From the IMG/VR virus record IMGVR_UViG_3300045988_175656: a stretch of 64,000 nucleotides of DNA. The stretch is one strand, 5' to 3'. Of this stretch, positions 26,448 through 36,381 are shown in pieces; within the stretch, counting starts at the first letter, position 1, and every line of letters begins with the position of its first letter. Below the pieces are notes generated by a model that saw only the letters and a program-made list of their open reading frames with translations, had not been told where the DNA came from and made no database searches. The stretch is from a virus. Both the position numbers and the translations under genes were made by a program.

Positions 26448-29406
26448 TTTCGCTTTTTATAACTGCTTTTATTATATCTTCTTTGGACATTACCTTTTCC
26501 CACATTTCAAGGGAAATATCATCATCAAATAGTTGATAATAAACAGTCACATCTTCTGTTTGTGATAAACGGTGTACTCTATCCATAACTTGCCAATTAT
26601 CAGATGGAACCCATGAATAAGAATTAAATATACAAATATGGCTTTTTGTCAATGTAATACCAACCCCTGAAGCAAGAATTTGACCTATGAAAACTTTCTT
26701 TTTGGGGTTATTCATAAATTCATATTCAGCTTTATCTTTTTGAGCATTGGTTTTCTTACCATCATAAACAACCGCCATATCACCAAAATGCTCTTTAAAT
26801 TTTTTCACTTCATTTTCAAAGCAACAAACAATTAGCACTTTTTCACCATCTTCAATATGTTCTTCTGCTAATGAAATTGTATTCTCAATCATTTTATTGG
26901 CTAAATATCTTCTCACAAGACCACCCTCAATGAGTTCTTGGTATTTAGAAACATCAACACCTGTTAAATATTGTGCATTTAAATAATCTTGCCATAATTT
27001 ACGATATTCAGCCATTTCATCATCAGTTAAAGTGTAATAACGAGTGAAAATAGTTTTTTTAACCATTCCAGGAATATCTTTTTGTAATCGCCTAATATAT
27101 AAATGTTTAATTTTTTCTCTTAATTCATCCAAATTACTTGCGCCATCACAAATTTTTATCTTAGTTCCATCAGATTTATTTATAGTTTTTGCATCACAAA
27201 ATCTATCCATATAATAATCATAGTTTTTTGCTATATCAGCATCAATTAATTTTAAAATGTGATATAAATTAAGTGGTCTATTTGTCAATGGAGTTCCTGT
27301 TATACAATATATTGCTTTTGGTTTTGTTCTATTTAAAAAATCATCTAATGTTTTATATCTGATTGAAGTATTATTAGCCAATTTTTGTACTTCATCAATA
27401 ATAACCAAATCAAACTGAGCAAGAAACAATTGGCTCTTAGATAAAGCTTCTTTGATTACTTCTTTTTTGCGAGATTTTTTCATTTTTGGTTCCATTTCTC
27501 CATTTTTTCCTTTTTTACCTTTGCATTTGACCATTATAGGAACTTTGATTTTTTTATTTTTCCCATTTTCGTCTTTATATGTTTCAATTCTATAATCAGG
27601 TTCTAATGGAATATGATAAAAATTATCCAATATATCATAATTTATTACAGTATATTGTTTGTCTGACACCCACTTTTTACCAAAAATAATACCAATATTA
27701 TCTGGATTTGTATAATAAGATAATTCTCGCTTCCAAGTACCTTTTAAAGACGCAGGACATATAATTAACACTTTTTTATATCCACCTGCCATAGATGCCA
27801 CGATAGCTGAAGTGGTGTTATGTGTCACTATATAATTTTCTGTCAAATATGAACTATCATCTGAATCTACTCTTATACAAACTGCATCAGCTTTTCTAAC
27901 TAATTCTACTTTTTCGATATATCTAGAACAATAATTGTTTTTCTTGATGTTATAGTTTTGTTTTTTTCTTTCAATTTTAAAAGGACAAAATTTTATATTA
28001 ATTTTTACATCATACTCAATAGATTTACCTTCATTAGTTCTATCATAACTATGTATAATTGCATGACCACCTAATGAATATACAAGCATCTGTATATCTC
28101 TAGCCAATTTTTCAGAAGTGGTATAATAATGCATTTTATTATTTTTACAAATAGAACCATCAGAATCCATTAACCCCATTAACAATTCTTTACGTTGTTC
28201 AATTGAACCATTCATATATTCTTCAGGTATGAATTTGTATTTTCCTAATACATTTAACCCCAAACGTTTGATTTCTCTATTATATTCATTAATTGGTGTT
28301 TTTTCTTTTTGAATTATATAGTAATGGGGGCATGATGCATTTCTGTTTTCAGATAAAGTATATTTCTCATTTAATAATTTTTTAATTCTATCTACACTTT
28401 CATATTCAAAATCAGGTATTGATAATTCTATTTTATTACTGCACATTGAGCTATCACCAATACACATTCCAAGTATATATGGATGTATAAAATATTCTTT
28501 TTTAGAGTAATTAACAGGTTCACACATTGGTATTTCCCATTTATTCACTGGTTTATATCCATAATCAACTCTTTTTTTAGAGGAATTGTATTGTAAACCA
28601 CTATCAAGTAATTCTTTTAATGATTTAACAACCCACCCTTTCTTCCTCAATCTTCTATTACTATCTCTAACAATCCATAAATGTTCTAAACCACAATTAC
28701 ATTTAACTCCATCAGAAAAAGTAATTTCGTAAATATCTTTTACTCCTTGTGGAAATATACCTATAACATTATGAGATTTTCCGTCTGAACCAAAAACTTT
28801 GTCTCCAATTTTTAATTCCCCCATTTTTCTCCATCCATGAGGTGTTGGTATTGAAGTGTTTACATCCACTAGTTTTCCGAGACCTTGTTCATCCGCAAGA
28901 ATGGCTTTATTTCTTGTTATAAGGAACTTTACGGCTTCTTCTTGATGTGGCTTCAATGAACGATTCAAATGGGCTGTAAGCGCATTATATGGAGTAAAAT
29001 CAATATCGTTTGTTTTATAATCTTTAACAAAAATATCATCCATTAATGCTTTTTTAGGAACAAATGTTAATAATGGTTCTATTACTGATTTTCTATATCT
29101 TACATAACAATGATAACTATCACCCATCTCACCTATAATAGACATTATAAGTAACTTTTCAGGAATAAAATCTATATCATTTTTATCTGCAAATGATTTT
29201 CCAAACCAATCTGTTATTTTAATGGTTTTGTTTACCTTTATAGGAGCATACTGATAATTTTCCAATATATATTTTATATCAAACTCTGATAATTTTCGAT
29301 AGCCTTTATCTGAAAGGTTCTTCAGATAAGTTACATATAAATTAGTTCCATCATAATTTCTTATGATGGAGTATGCTTCTTCTATTTTAGATACACTAAT
29401 TGCCAT
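26437..29406 (-). CDS. SNF2-family DNA/RNA helicase, interrupted by an intein
   Basis: 989 aa. Motif I ADEQGLGK|...|TTSAIV is split by a 352-aa insert. Motif II VIIDEVQKL, motif V GVGITLT, motif VI QVMDRVHRLSQ. Confidence 0.85.
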   Translation of the reverse strand: MAISVSKIEEAYSIIRNYDGTNLYVTYLKNLSDKGYRKLSEFDIKYILENYQYAPIKVNKTIKITDWFGKSFADKNDIDFIPEKLLIMSIIGEMGDSYHCYVRYRKSVIEPLLTFVPKKALMDDIFVKDYKTNDIDFTPYNALTAHLNRSLKPHQEEAVKFLITRNKAILADEQGLGKLVDVNTSIPTPHGWRKMGELKIGDKVFGSDGKSHNVIGIFPQGVKDIYEITFSDGVKCNCGLEHLWIVRDSNRRLRKKGWVVKSLKELLDSGLQYNSSKKRVDYGYKPVNKWEIPMCEPVNYSKKEYFIHPYILGMCIGDSSMCSNKIELSIPDFEYESVDRIKKLLNEKYTLSENRNASCPHYYIIQKEKTPINEYNREIKRLGLNVLGKYKFIPEEYMNGSIEQRKELLMGLMDSDGSICKNNKMHYYTTSEKLARDIQMLVYSLGGHAIIHSYDRTNEGKSIEYDVKINIKFCPFKIERKKQNYNIKKNNYCSRYIEKVELVRKADAVCIRVDSDDSSYLTENYIVTHNTTSAIVASMAGGYKKVLIICPASLKGTWKRELSYYTNPDNIGIIFGKKWVSDKQYTVINYDILDNFYHIPLEPDYRIETYKDENGKNKKIKVPIMVKCKGKKGKNGEMEPKMKKSRKKEVIKEALSKSQLFLAQFDLVIIDEVQKLANNTSIRYKTLDDFLNRTKPKAIYCITGTPLTNRPLNLYHILKLIDADIAKNYDYYMDRFCDAKTINKSDGTKIKICDGASNLDELREKIKHLYIRRLQKDIPGMVKKTIFTRYYTLTDDEMAEYRKLWQDYLNAQYLTGVDVSKYQELIEGGLVRRYLANKMIENTISLAEEHIEDGEKVLIVCCFENEVKKFKEHFGDMAVVYDGKKTNAQKDKAEYEFMNNPKKKVFIGQILASGVGITLTKSHICIFNSYSWVPSDNWQVMDRVHRLSQTEDVTVYYQLFDDDISLEMWEKVMSKEDIIKAVIKSENEK
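27817..28872 (-). mobile_element. intein (Hint domain with LAGLIDADG homing-endonuclease core), class 3-like WCT signature
   Basis: Residues 179-530 of the SNF2 ORF. Starts LVDVNTSIPTPHGW and ends YIVTHN, followed by +1 Thr. Block B is GLEHLW (Trp at B:12), block F is DAVCIRVD (Cys at the F:4 position), block G is VTHN (Thr at G:5). LAGLIDADG-like ILGMCIGDSS and LMGLMDSDGS. Excision restores GLGKT. Confidence 0.8.
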
Positions 29407-29423
29407 TATTTTAAACCATGTTT

Positions 29424-29458
29424 TTGCAAATATACGACTTATTCATCATATTTACAAC
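29424..29458 (-). promoter_or_regulatory. Bacteroidota-type promoter (GTTG-N20-TATATTTG) upstream of SNF2 helicase
   Basis: The minus strand reads GTTGTAAATATGATGAATAAGTCGTATATTTGCAAAAAC. The -7 box is at 29427..29434 and the ATG at 29406. Confidence 0.7.
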
Positions 29459-29480
29459 TATTTATTTTAAAATATTCGAT

Positions 29481-29981
29481 ATGGCTAAAGTAATTTTTGC
29501 CCCTAATAAACTTGATAAAAATAAATTTACAATATTTTTAGCTGGTAGTATAGATATGGGGAAAGCTAAAGATTGGCAACAAGAAATTGAGGATAAATTA
29601 AAAGATGAAGATGTCATACTTTTTAATCCACGCAGACCTGATTGGGATTCATCATGGGAAGAATCAATCACAAACTCACAATTTAGAGAACAAGTGGAAT
29701 GGGAATTAAATGCTTTAGAAGAAGCTGATATGATTGTTGTTTATTTTGACCCTAAAGGAAAAGCCCCTATTACATTAATGGAACTTGGTTTACATAAAGA
29801 TGACAAAATTGTTGTATGTTGTCCTGAAGGTTATCATAAAAAAGGTAATGTAGATGTTGTTTGTCACAAATACAACATAAAACAAGTAGATGATATAGAT
29901 GGATTGGTTAAAGAAATAAAAACTGAAGCATTTACCTTAGATGAATCTATTTGTAATAAGTTTAAACAATTGATTAAATAA
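29481..29981 (+). CDS. nucleoside 2-deoxyribosyltransferase-like protein
   Basis: The start is reassigned to ATG 29481, because track start 29418 lies in the divergent promoter. FTIFLAGSIDMG..DWQQE, LFNPRR, WELNALEEADMIVVYF and PITLMELG fit the Nuc_deoxyri_tr2-type pattern. Confidence 0.6.
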   Translation: MAKVIFAPNKLDKNKFTIFLAGSIDMGKAKDWQQEIEDKLKDEDVILFNPRRPDWDSSWEESITNSQFREQVEWELNALEEADMIVVYFDPKGKAPITLMELGLHKDDKIVVCCPEGYHKKGNVDVVCHKYNIKQVDDIDGLVKEIKTEAFTLDESICNKFKQLIK

Positions 29982-30499
29982 TGAGTAATATAATACCAAT
30001 TAACAGAAATAATAAGTTTTTCTCAAAAGAAGATTTTGATTTTGAGTTAGAACTTGGGATGGAATATCTTCAAGAAGATGTCAATCAAAGTATTATTCTC
30101 TACGAAGTCGATTTAGAAGCCACTAATATGAATGCTGTTTATAAAGAATCTAATCGTAATAATATTAGATTTAAAACCCCAAAAGAATTAACAGTCATAT
30201 ATGAAATAGAAGCACCAAGAACAAAATCATATGAAAATAAAACAAGTGGTGGTATTTATTCAATTAATGGTAATTTAAAAATTGGTGTGTTTCAAAAAAC
30301 TTTAAATGACCAAAATTGTGAAATCAAAAGGGGCGACTATATCGGAATTGCCATTGATTCAGAAAGAATGGCATACTTTGTTGTTACTGATGATGGAAAA
30401 TTGAACACTGATAATGCACATACAATGTGGGGAACAAAACCAATATTTAGAAGTATTGAAGCCACCCCAGTAGATAATAATGAATTTAATGGAATGTAA
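29981..30499 (+). CDS. hypothetical protein (probable virion/tail-proximal component)
   Basis: 172-aa ORF. ATGA-type coupling to the upstream gene. First of a plus-strand run leading to the sheath gene. Confidence 0.5.
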   Translation: MSNIIPINRNNKFFSKEDFDFELELGMEYLQEDVNQSIILYEVDLEATNMNAVYKESNRNNIRFKTPKELTVIYEIEAPRTKSYENKTSGGIYSINGNLKIGVFQKTLNDQNCEIKRGDYIGIAIDSERMAYFVVTDDGKLNTDNAHTMWGTKPIFRSIEATPVDNNEFNGM

Positions 30500-30500
30500 A

Positions 30501-31625
30501 ATGCCTAGACAATTTTTAAATAAAATGAAACTTCGTGAAAAAGCTATTGGTAGAGATAGAAGGGAGAATTTTGCAAAAGAAATTCTTTACAAAGACACTC
30601 CACTTCCTAAACCATTAGAATATACTGATATTGATGCATCATTTAAAGATTTTGTGAGTGATACATTAGATATTGCATATGAGGGCAAAAGATTACCAAC
30701 ATTCACATTATTTAGCAATCAGCGTTTTTCTGAATATTCCCAAACATGGGAACATGTTGATGAAAACAGAAATTTATTAATGAATTTTAAAACAATAAGC
30801 CGTGAAAATAATCCTAGATTTGGAGAAAATCAAGGTGGATTATGGAACATACCAGGAGAAAGACATTATACAATATTAACAAAAACGGTTCTTGATGATA
30901 ATGGTACTGAAAGTTTTGAAAGATATTCTATGAAACAACCTTATGCTGTTGATTTAATTTATAATATTAATTTGATAACTAATAAATATGAACTGATTAA
31001 TAAATTCAATGCACTTGTTAATGAAGCTTTTAAAGCAAGACAATGCTATATTAGACCAAATGGGCATTTCATTCCAATGATATTAGATGAAATTTCAGAT
31101 GAAAGTGAATATAGTATTGAGGACCGTAAGTTCTTTTCTCAAACTTTTACTATTAAAGTAATGGCATATATTATTCATGAAAAAGATTTTCAAGTAGAAT
31201 CCTACCCAAAAAGAATAATGGTGGTATATGATGGAGATGCTAAAAAGAAAAAGCCAAATGTTGATATTGAAGAATTAGATGATATTAATTATGAAAATAA
31301 AAGAATTGACATTTCAATTGATTTCCCTGAATTTATTGAAACTGTAACATTTACAATTGATTGCGATGTTAATGTTGAAAAATCTACATTGGATAATATA
31401 AGATATTATAGATTAAATGTTAATGGAACACCAATATTTCCAGAAAAAGGATTTATATTAAAAGAAAATGATGAAGTTAAATTAAGAATTTTTAAATTTG
31501 ACATTTCACAACCTTCAAAGTTAATGTTTCATGGATATGACCCAAATATTCGTTTAAAGAAAAATTACACTCCTGAATTAGTGAGTGATGAAAAATCTAA
31601 TTATGAAGAGATTATTGTTGACTAA
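30501..31625 (+). CDS. hypothetical protein (probable virion component)
   Basis: In-frame ATGs lie at 30480, 30489 and 30501. I prefer 30501 because it sits 1 nt after the upstream stop (30497..30499). About 374 aa. Confidence 0.5.
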   Translation: MPRQFLNKMKLREKAIGRDRRENFAKEILYKDTPLPKPLEYTDIDASFKDFVSDTLDIAYEGKRLPTFTLFSNQRFSEYSQTWEHVDENRNLLMNFKTISRENNPRFGENQGGLWNIPGERHYTILTKTVLDDNGTESFERYSMKQPYAVDLIYNINLITNKYELINKFNALVNEAFKARQCYIRPNGHFIPMILDEISDESEYSIEDRKFFSQTFTIKVMAYIIHEKDFQVESYPKRIMVVYDGDAKKKKPNVDIEELDDINYENKRIDISIDFPEFIETVTFTIDCDVNVEKSTLDNIRYYRLNVNGTPIFPEKGFILKENDEVKLRIFKFDISQPSKLMFHGYDPNIRLKKNYTPELVSDEKSNYEEIIVD

Positions 31626-31627
31626 GA

Positions 31628-31656
31628 ACTTTATGTATATTATTTTTTAAATAAAA
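31628..31656 (+). promoter_or_regulatory. conserved upstream element ACTTTATGTATA + ATTATTTTTTAAATAAAA (candidate late promoter/leader)
   Basis: Both sub-motifs recur verbatim at 47090..47125. The element ends directly at ATG 31657. Confidence 0.35.
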
Positions 31657-32013
31657 ATGGATTTAAAATTATACGAAATAATAAATTTAGAACAGGCAAT
31701 TGATGAATTAATTAAATATGATTTATCTTTTACATTTAAAGTTTCATTAGATATAATGCGGAACAAGGAAGCTTGTAAAAATATTACTGATTTATTTTTC
31801 AACAGAATGTCAAAAATATTTGATAGTTATGAAAAATTATATGATGCATCTTTAAGAACTGAAGAAGAATCTATTATATTTAATGAAGCTTTGAATACGA
31901 CTGTTGATGTACACATTAAACAATTATCTGTTAATGATATAGTAATTGAAGATAATGTTAAAGTAAAATTAGTTTTATTTAATAATCTAAAACCAATGTT
32001 AATAGATTATTAA
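31657..32013 (+). CDS. hypothetical protein
   Basis: 118-aa ORF preceded by the conserved upstream element 31628..31656. Confidence 0.5.
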   Translation: MDLKLYEIINLEQAIDELIKYDLSFTFKVSLDIMRNKEACKNITDLFFNRMSKIFDSYEKLYDASLRTEEESIIFNEALNTTVDVHIKQLSVNDIVIEDNVKVKLVLFNNLKPMLIDY

Positions 32014-32081
32014 CATGAATTTAGCCTGTGTTTTTGTAATTACAATAGATATTTATATTAAAATAAAATATAAAAGAACAT

Positions 32082-35000
32082 ATGGCAACAAATAATAATA
32101 GTGCAAGACAGACACATGTTAGCCCTGGTATATATACTAAAGAAACTGATTTAACTTATGCCGTTAAATCATTAGGTATTACAACTTTAGGGCTAGTAGG
32201 TGAAACTGTGAAAGGACCAGCCTTTCAACCACTTTTAATTGAAAATTGGAACCAATTCACTAACTATTTTGGTGGCACTAATCCATCACAATTTAAAGGT
32301 AGTGGATATTTGAAATATGAAGCTCCATATATCGCAAAATCATATTTAAGACAATCTAATCAATTGTATGTCACACGTGTATTAGGTCTTTCAGGATATA
32401 ACGCTGGTCCTGCATGGGCTATTACTGCATATGCGCCAGCAGGTAAAGATGGTAAAGATATGTTAATTGCTATCTTACGTTCAAGAGGTGAATATCAAAA
32501 AACTGCTTTTGTTTCAACTGCAACTGAAGAACAATGTGAAGATGTTTACGAATATGATAAATTAGTTTATTATGTTAGTGATGTTGATAATGTATCATTA
32601 GTTCCAAGTAAAACATTTAATTTAGGCTCAGGATGTGATAAGTTCTTTGGAGTTACAACTGACCCATCAGGTGATTCATACTTCAATGTAAGCCAAATAA
32701 ATTATGGTAAATTTACTATTTCTGGTACTACTGATAAAGGTATGACTTTCTCATATGCAGTGTCTTTAAATCCAGGTGATAAAAACTATATTATCAATGT
32801 ATTAGGTACTCAACAAGATATTGGTGACACCGAATTATATGTTGAAGAATTATATGATGTAGCTTTAGTACAGTTAATTGAAAGTGGTGATATTACAGGT
32901 ATTAACAAACAAATGGTAGGCTTCTCACCAATTAAAGTTACTCCAGCATACGCTTCATGTAATGATTTATTATTAGAAGATGAACAACTTTTAACTAAAA
33001 GAGATATTGGTAAACGTTTCTTAGCAACTCAGGACTCAATTAACCCTGAAACTAAAAAAATGTGGAATGTTCACAAAACTACTGATAATGGCGTGAGTTA
33101 TGTGGTAACTCCAGCGGTTGCAGGTAACATTTATCAAGTAATTTCATTTGTAACAACAGCAGGTACACGTGAATATTATTACAATGAAACAGGTGAAAAA
33201 TTAGGGGCTGCAACTCCTGATGAACAAAATGTATTGACTGAAGCTGTTGAAGTTTTATCAGATAATTTATTCTATGTTAAAGATGGCGAAAATATAAACC
33301 CAATTACTTGTGATTTAAATAATTACAAAGAACAGTATAGATTTGCTTCTACTCCTTGGATTGTTTCTGAATTGAAAGGCGATGCCCAAAATGTAGAATT
33401 AGTTAAATTATTCAGATTCCATACAATATCAGATGGTAATGCTTCTAACATACAAATTAAAGTATCTATCGAAAACATTAAGCCTGATGATGGTTTATTT
33501 GATGTTGTAATCAGAAGTTTTTATGATACTGATTCATCTCCTGTTGTTTTGGAAAGATATGGCAAATGTAATTTAGTTCCTGGGACTGCAAATTATATAG
33601 GTTTAAAAATAGGTACTTCTGATGGAAATTATGTAACAAAATCTAACTATGTGACTGTTGAAGTTAATGAAAATGATAGAGTAAAATCATCAATTCCATG
33701 TGGTTTCTTAGGTTATCCTGTTAGAGATTATTCAGGTTTAGTTCCTGGAAATGGTGTTACTGGAACAGTTAAACAACCATTATTGCAATATAATGTTAAT
33801 ATTGATGAAGATATAAGAGCTAAGAAACAATACTTTGGTTTATCTAATTTAGTGGGTATTGATGAAGATATTTTATCATATAAAGGTGTTGAAGCATATA
33901 ATGGTTTACCACAAGGGTTAACACCATCTTTCCATTTAGATTCACGTCTTGTATCTAAAGAAGATTTATCAACAGGAACAACAGGCTTTACACAAGTTGT
34001 TACAGTTGATGGGGAAACAGGCTATACTTGGGTAACTGTAAATAGAAATAATGTGACTTCTGAAGGTATTGAACCTCGTATTGGTACTGATGCATTGATG
34101 CAAGGAACAATATATGAAGATATTAATTATCGTAAATTTACTGTTCTTCCTTATGGCGGTTTTGATGGATGGGATGTTTATCGTGCTTCAAGAACAATAA
34201 CTGATGATTTTAAATATAATAAATATAAAGGAAGTATTAATGCAAAAAGTGGTGTAGGTGCAAACTTCTCTATTATAAATGACCCAGTTGCTTATAATTT
34301 TGATGGAAGCACTAAAGCAATTACTTCTGACTGGTATGCTTATTTATCAGCTATCAGAACATTTGCTAACCCTAAAACAATTGATATTAATGTTCTTGCA
34401 ACTCCTGGTATTGATTATGTTAATAATCAAATGTTAGTTGAAGAAGTAATTTCTATGGTTGAGGATGAAAGAGCCGATTCAGTATATGTTGTAACAACTC
34501 CTGATAAACCTTTTGGAGCATCTGATAGTGTTAGTGATATGTACACTCCTGAAGAAGCGGTTTCCAATTTAGAAGAAACAGGAATTGATAGTAACTATAC
34601 ATGCTCATATTACCCTAATATTCAATATTTTGATGCAGATAATAATATATATGTTTATTTACCACCAACAAAAGATGTTGTAAGAAACTTTGCATTAACA
34701 GATAATACAGCTTATCCTTGGTTTGCGCCAGCTGGATGGGATAGAGGTGGAATTGATGGGGTAAAACCAAAGAAAACTCTTAAACTTGATGAACAAGACA
34801 CTTTATATACAGGTGGATTGAATTTCGTTCAAAGTTTTGCACAAGAAGGCTTTAGACTTTGGGGACAAAAAAACTTCCAAATTGCAGATACTCAAATGAA
34901 CAGAATTGCTACAAGACGTTTGTTATTACAATTGAGAAAATTAATTTCTATTGCTTGTATCAAATTAATATTTGAGCCTAATGATAATACAACTAAAGAA

Positions 35001-35210
35001 ACATTCAAATCATTGGTTAACCCAATTTTGGAAAATGTTTTCAATAATAGAGGTATATCAGACTTTAGAATTGATGTTGATGATTCAGTAGAAGCTCGTG
35101 ATAGACATGAATTACCTGCAAAAATTTGGATTAAACCAATTGGTGCATTAGAGTATATTGATATTAACTTTATGATTACTCCTGAAGGTGCTAGTTTTGA
35201 TGATTATTAA
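32082..35210 (+). CDS. contractile tail sheath protein (enlarged, 1042 aa)
   Basis: N-terminal SPGIYTKETD...LGLVGETVKGPAF matches the sheath PGVY.eE...G.a..GP pattern. C-terminal GLNFVQSFAQEGFRLWGQKNF...RIATRRLLLQL...IFEPND matches the conserved sheath C-domain. A strong terminator follows. Confidence 0.85.
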   Translation: MATNNNSARQTHVSPGIYTKETDLTYAVKSLGITTLGLVGETVKGPAFQPLLIENWNQFTNYFGGTNPSQFKGSGYLKYEAPYIAKSYLRQSNQLYVTRVLGLSGYNAGPAWAITAYAPAGKDGKDMLIAILRSRGEYQKTAFVSTATEEQCEDVYEYDKLVYYVSDVDNVSLVPSKTFNLGSGCDKFFGVTTDPSGDSYFNVSQINYGKFTISGTTDKGMTFSYAVSLNPGDKNYIINVLGTQQDIGDTELYVEELYDVALVQLIESGDITGINKQMVGFSPIKVTPAYASCNDLLLEDEQLLTKRDIGKRFLATQDSINPETKKMWNVHKTTDNGVSYVVTPAVAGNIYQVISFVTTAGTREYYYNETGEKLGAATPDEQNVLTEAVEVLSDNLFYVKDGENINPITCDLNNYKEQYRFASTPWIVSELKGDAQNVELVKLFRFHTISDGNASNIQIKVSIENIKPDDGLFDVVIRSFYDTDSSPVVLERYGKCNLVPGTANYIGLKIGTSDGNYVTKSNYVTVEVNENDRVKSSIPCGFLGYPVRDYSGLVPGNGVTGTVKQPLLQYNVNIDEDIRAKKQYFGLSNLVGIDEDILSYKGVEAYNGLPQGLTPSFHLDSRLVSKEDLSTGTTGFTQVVTVDGETGYTWVTVNRNNVTSEGIEPRIGTDALMQGTIYEDINYRKFTVLPYGGFDGWDVYRASRTITDDFKYNKYKGSINAKSGVGANFSIINDPVAYNFDGSTKAITSDWYAYLSAIRTFANPKTIDINVLATPGIDYVNNQMLVEEVISMVEDERADSVYVVTTPDKPFGASDSVSDMYTPEEAVSNLEETGIDSNYTCSYYPNIQYFDADNNIYVYLPPTKDVVRNFALTDNTAYPWFAPAGWDRGGIDGVKPKKTLKLDEQDTLYTGGLNFVQSFAQEGFRLWGQKNFQIADTQMNRIATRRLLLQLRKLISIACIKLIFEPNDNTTKETFKSLVNPILENVFNNRGISDFRIDVDDSVEARDRHELPAKIWIKPIGALEYIDINFMITPEGASFDDY

Positions 35211-35234
35211 TAGAAACAAATTAATATAAACAAT

Positions 35235-35261
35235 AAGGGTGGGCTTAATCAACTCACCCTT
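35235..35261 (+). terminator. rho-independent terminator after the sheath gene
   Basis: AAGGGTGGG-CTTAATCAA-CTCACCCTT followed by TGTTATTT. Confidence 0.6.
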
Positions 35262-35319
35262 TGTTATTTAAAAATATTTAAATAATCTTAAAGATATTTA
35301 TTTATAAATAAGTTAGATT

Positions 35320-35769
35320 ATGTCTCATAAAGAATCTCTTAATGAAGAAATAATATCAAAAATCAAAAAAGAATTACATAAAGATATGGACAATTCAACA
35401 AAGAAAACTATTGAAGAAATCAAAAATATTATAGGAAAAAAACAAACATTAGAAAGTGTTATTTTTTCTGAAGATGATGAAGAAATGGGTGCTCAATCTT
35501 TAGGTGGTGAAATACCTACTGATATGGGACAACCTGAGCCACAAATACCACATACTGATAAAGGAATGGATGATGGAAATAATGATATGTCATCAATTGG
35601 AGAAATGATGCCTGACATCCAAAATAAAGTAAATACCATTAGACGTATGGCTTTAGAAGGAGTAACAAAATTAGCTGATAAACCATTATCACCTGAATAC
35701 GACTTTTTTAAAAAAATATTTATGGATTGCGATAAACTATTTGTGAATAAAGACAAAATAAAACAATAA
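35320..35769 (+). CDS. hypothetical acidic protein
   Basis: 149-aa ORF between the sheath and tube genes. Asp/Glu/Met-rich. TATAAATA lies 10 nt upstream of the ATG. Confidence 0.5.
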   Translation: MSHKESLNEEIISKIKKELHKDMDNSTKKTIEEIKNIIGKKQTLESVIFSEDDEEMGAQSLGGEIPTDMGQPEPQIPHTDKGMDDGNNDMSSIGEMMPDIQNKVNTIRRMALEGVTKLADKPLSPEYDFFKKIFMDCDKLFVNKDKIKQ

Positions 35770-35836
35770 TATGTTATTCAAAAAATCAAAATTTGAATAA
35801 TTATATATAAATAATAAAATTAAATTAAAGACAAAT

Positions 35837-36325
35837 ATGAGCGATTTATTAATAAAAATGCCACTTGAATATGAACCATTAAAAAAGAATAGATTCTTAT
35901 TCAGATTTCCATCTGATTTAGGTATTCAAGAATGGTGGGTAGCTTCAGGTTCAAGACCAACAATCTCTCAAAATGAAGTAGAAATTCCTTTCTTAAATAC
36001 ATCTAACTGGGTTATTGGTAGATATATATGGGAAGCAATTACAATTACATTAAGAGACCCAATAGGACCTTCAGCTTCACAAGCTGTTATGGAATGGGTT
36101 CGTTTACATTCTGAATCAGTTACAGGTAGACAAGGCTATGCGGTTGCATATAAAAGAGATATTGTTCTTGAAATGTTAGACCCAACAGGTGTTGTTGTTT
36201 CTCAATGGATTATCAAAAATGCTATGTTGACTAATGTTAACTTTGGTGAATTATCTTATGATGATGATGGTATTGCAGATATTACAATGACAATCAGACC
36301 TCAATACTGTATTTTAAGTTTCTAA
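35837..36325 (+). CDS. tail tube protein
   Basis: 162 aa directly after the sheath region. NRFLFRFPSDLG...SRPTISQNEVEIPFLNT...ITITLRD fits the myovirus tube (gp19/FII-like) beta-sandwich pattern. A hairpin plus T10 terminator follows. Confidence 0.65.
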   Translation: MSDLLIKMPLEYEPLKKNRFLFRFPSDLGIQEWWVASGSRPTISQNEVEIPFLNTSNWVIGRYIWEAITITLRDPIGPSASQAVMEWVRLHSESVTGRQGYAVAYKRDIVLEMLDPTGVVVSQWIIKNAMLTNVNFGELSYDDDGIADITMTIRPQYCILSF

Positions 36326-36343
36326 TATTAAGAAAAAATATTA

Positions 36344-36380
36344 ATAAGAGTAAGAATTGACTTACTCTTATTTTTTTTTT
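36344..36380. terminator. strong rho-independent terminator after the tube gene (shared with the convergent moron)
   Basis: ATAAGAGTAAG-AATTGA-CTTACTCTTAT followed by T10. Confidence 0.8.
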
Positions 36381-36381
36381 A

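Noticed and set aside
29418-29480. Track start at 29418 for the deoxyribosyltransferase-like gene (N-terminal MFLQIYDLFIIFTTIYFKIFD)
   Set aside because: This extension overlaps the divergent SNF2 promoter and translates to a hydrophobic AT-driven peptide. The conserved domain begins right after the in-frame ATG at 29481, so 29481 is used.
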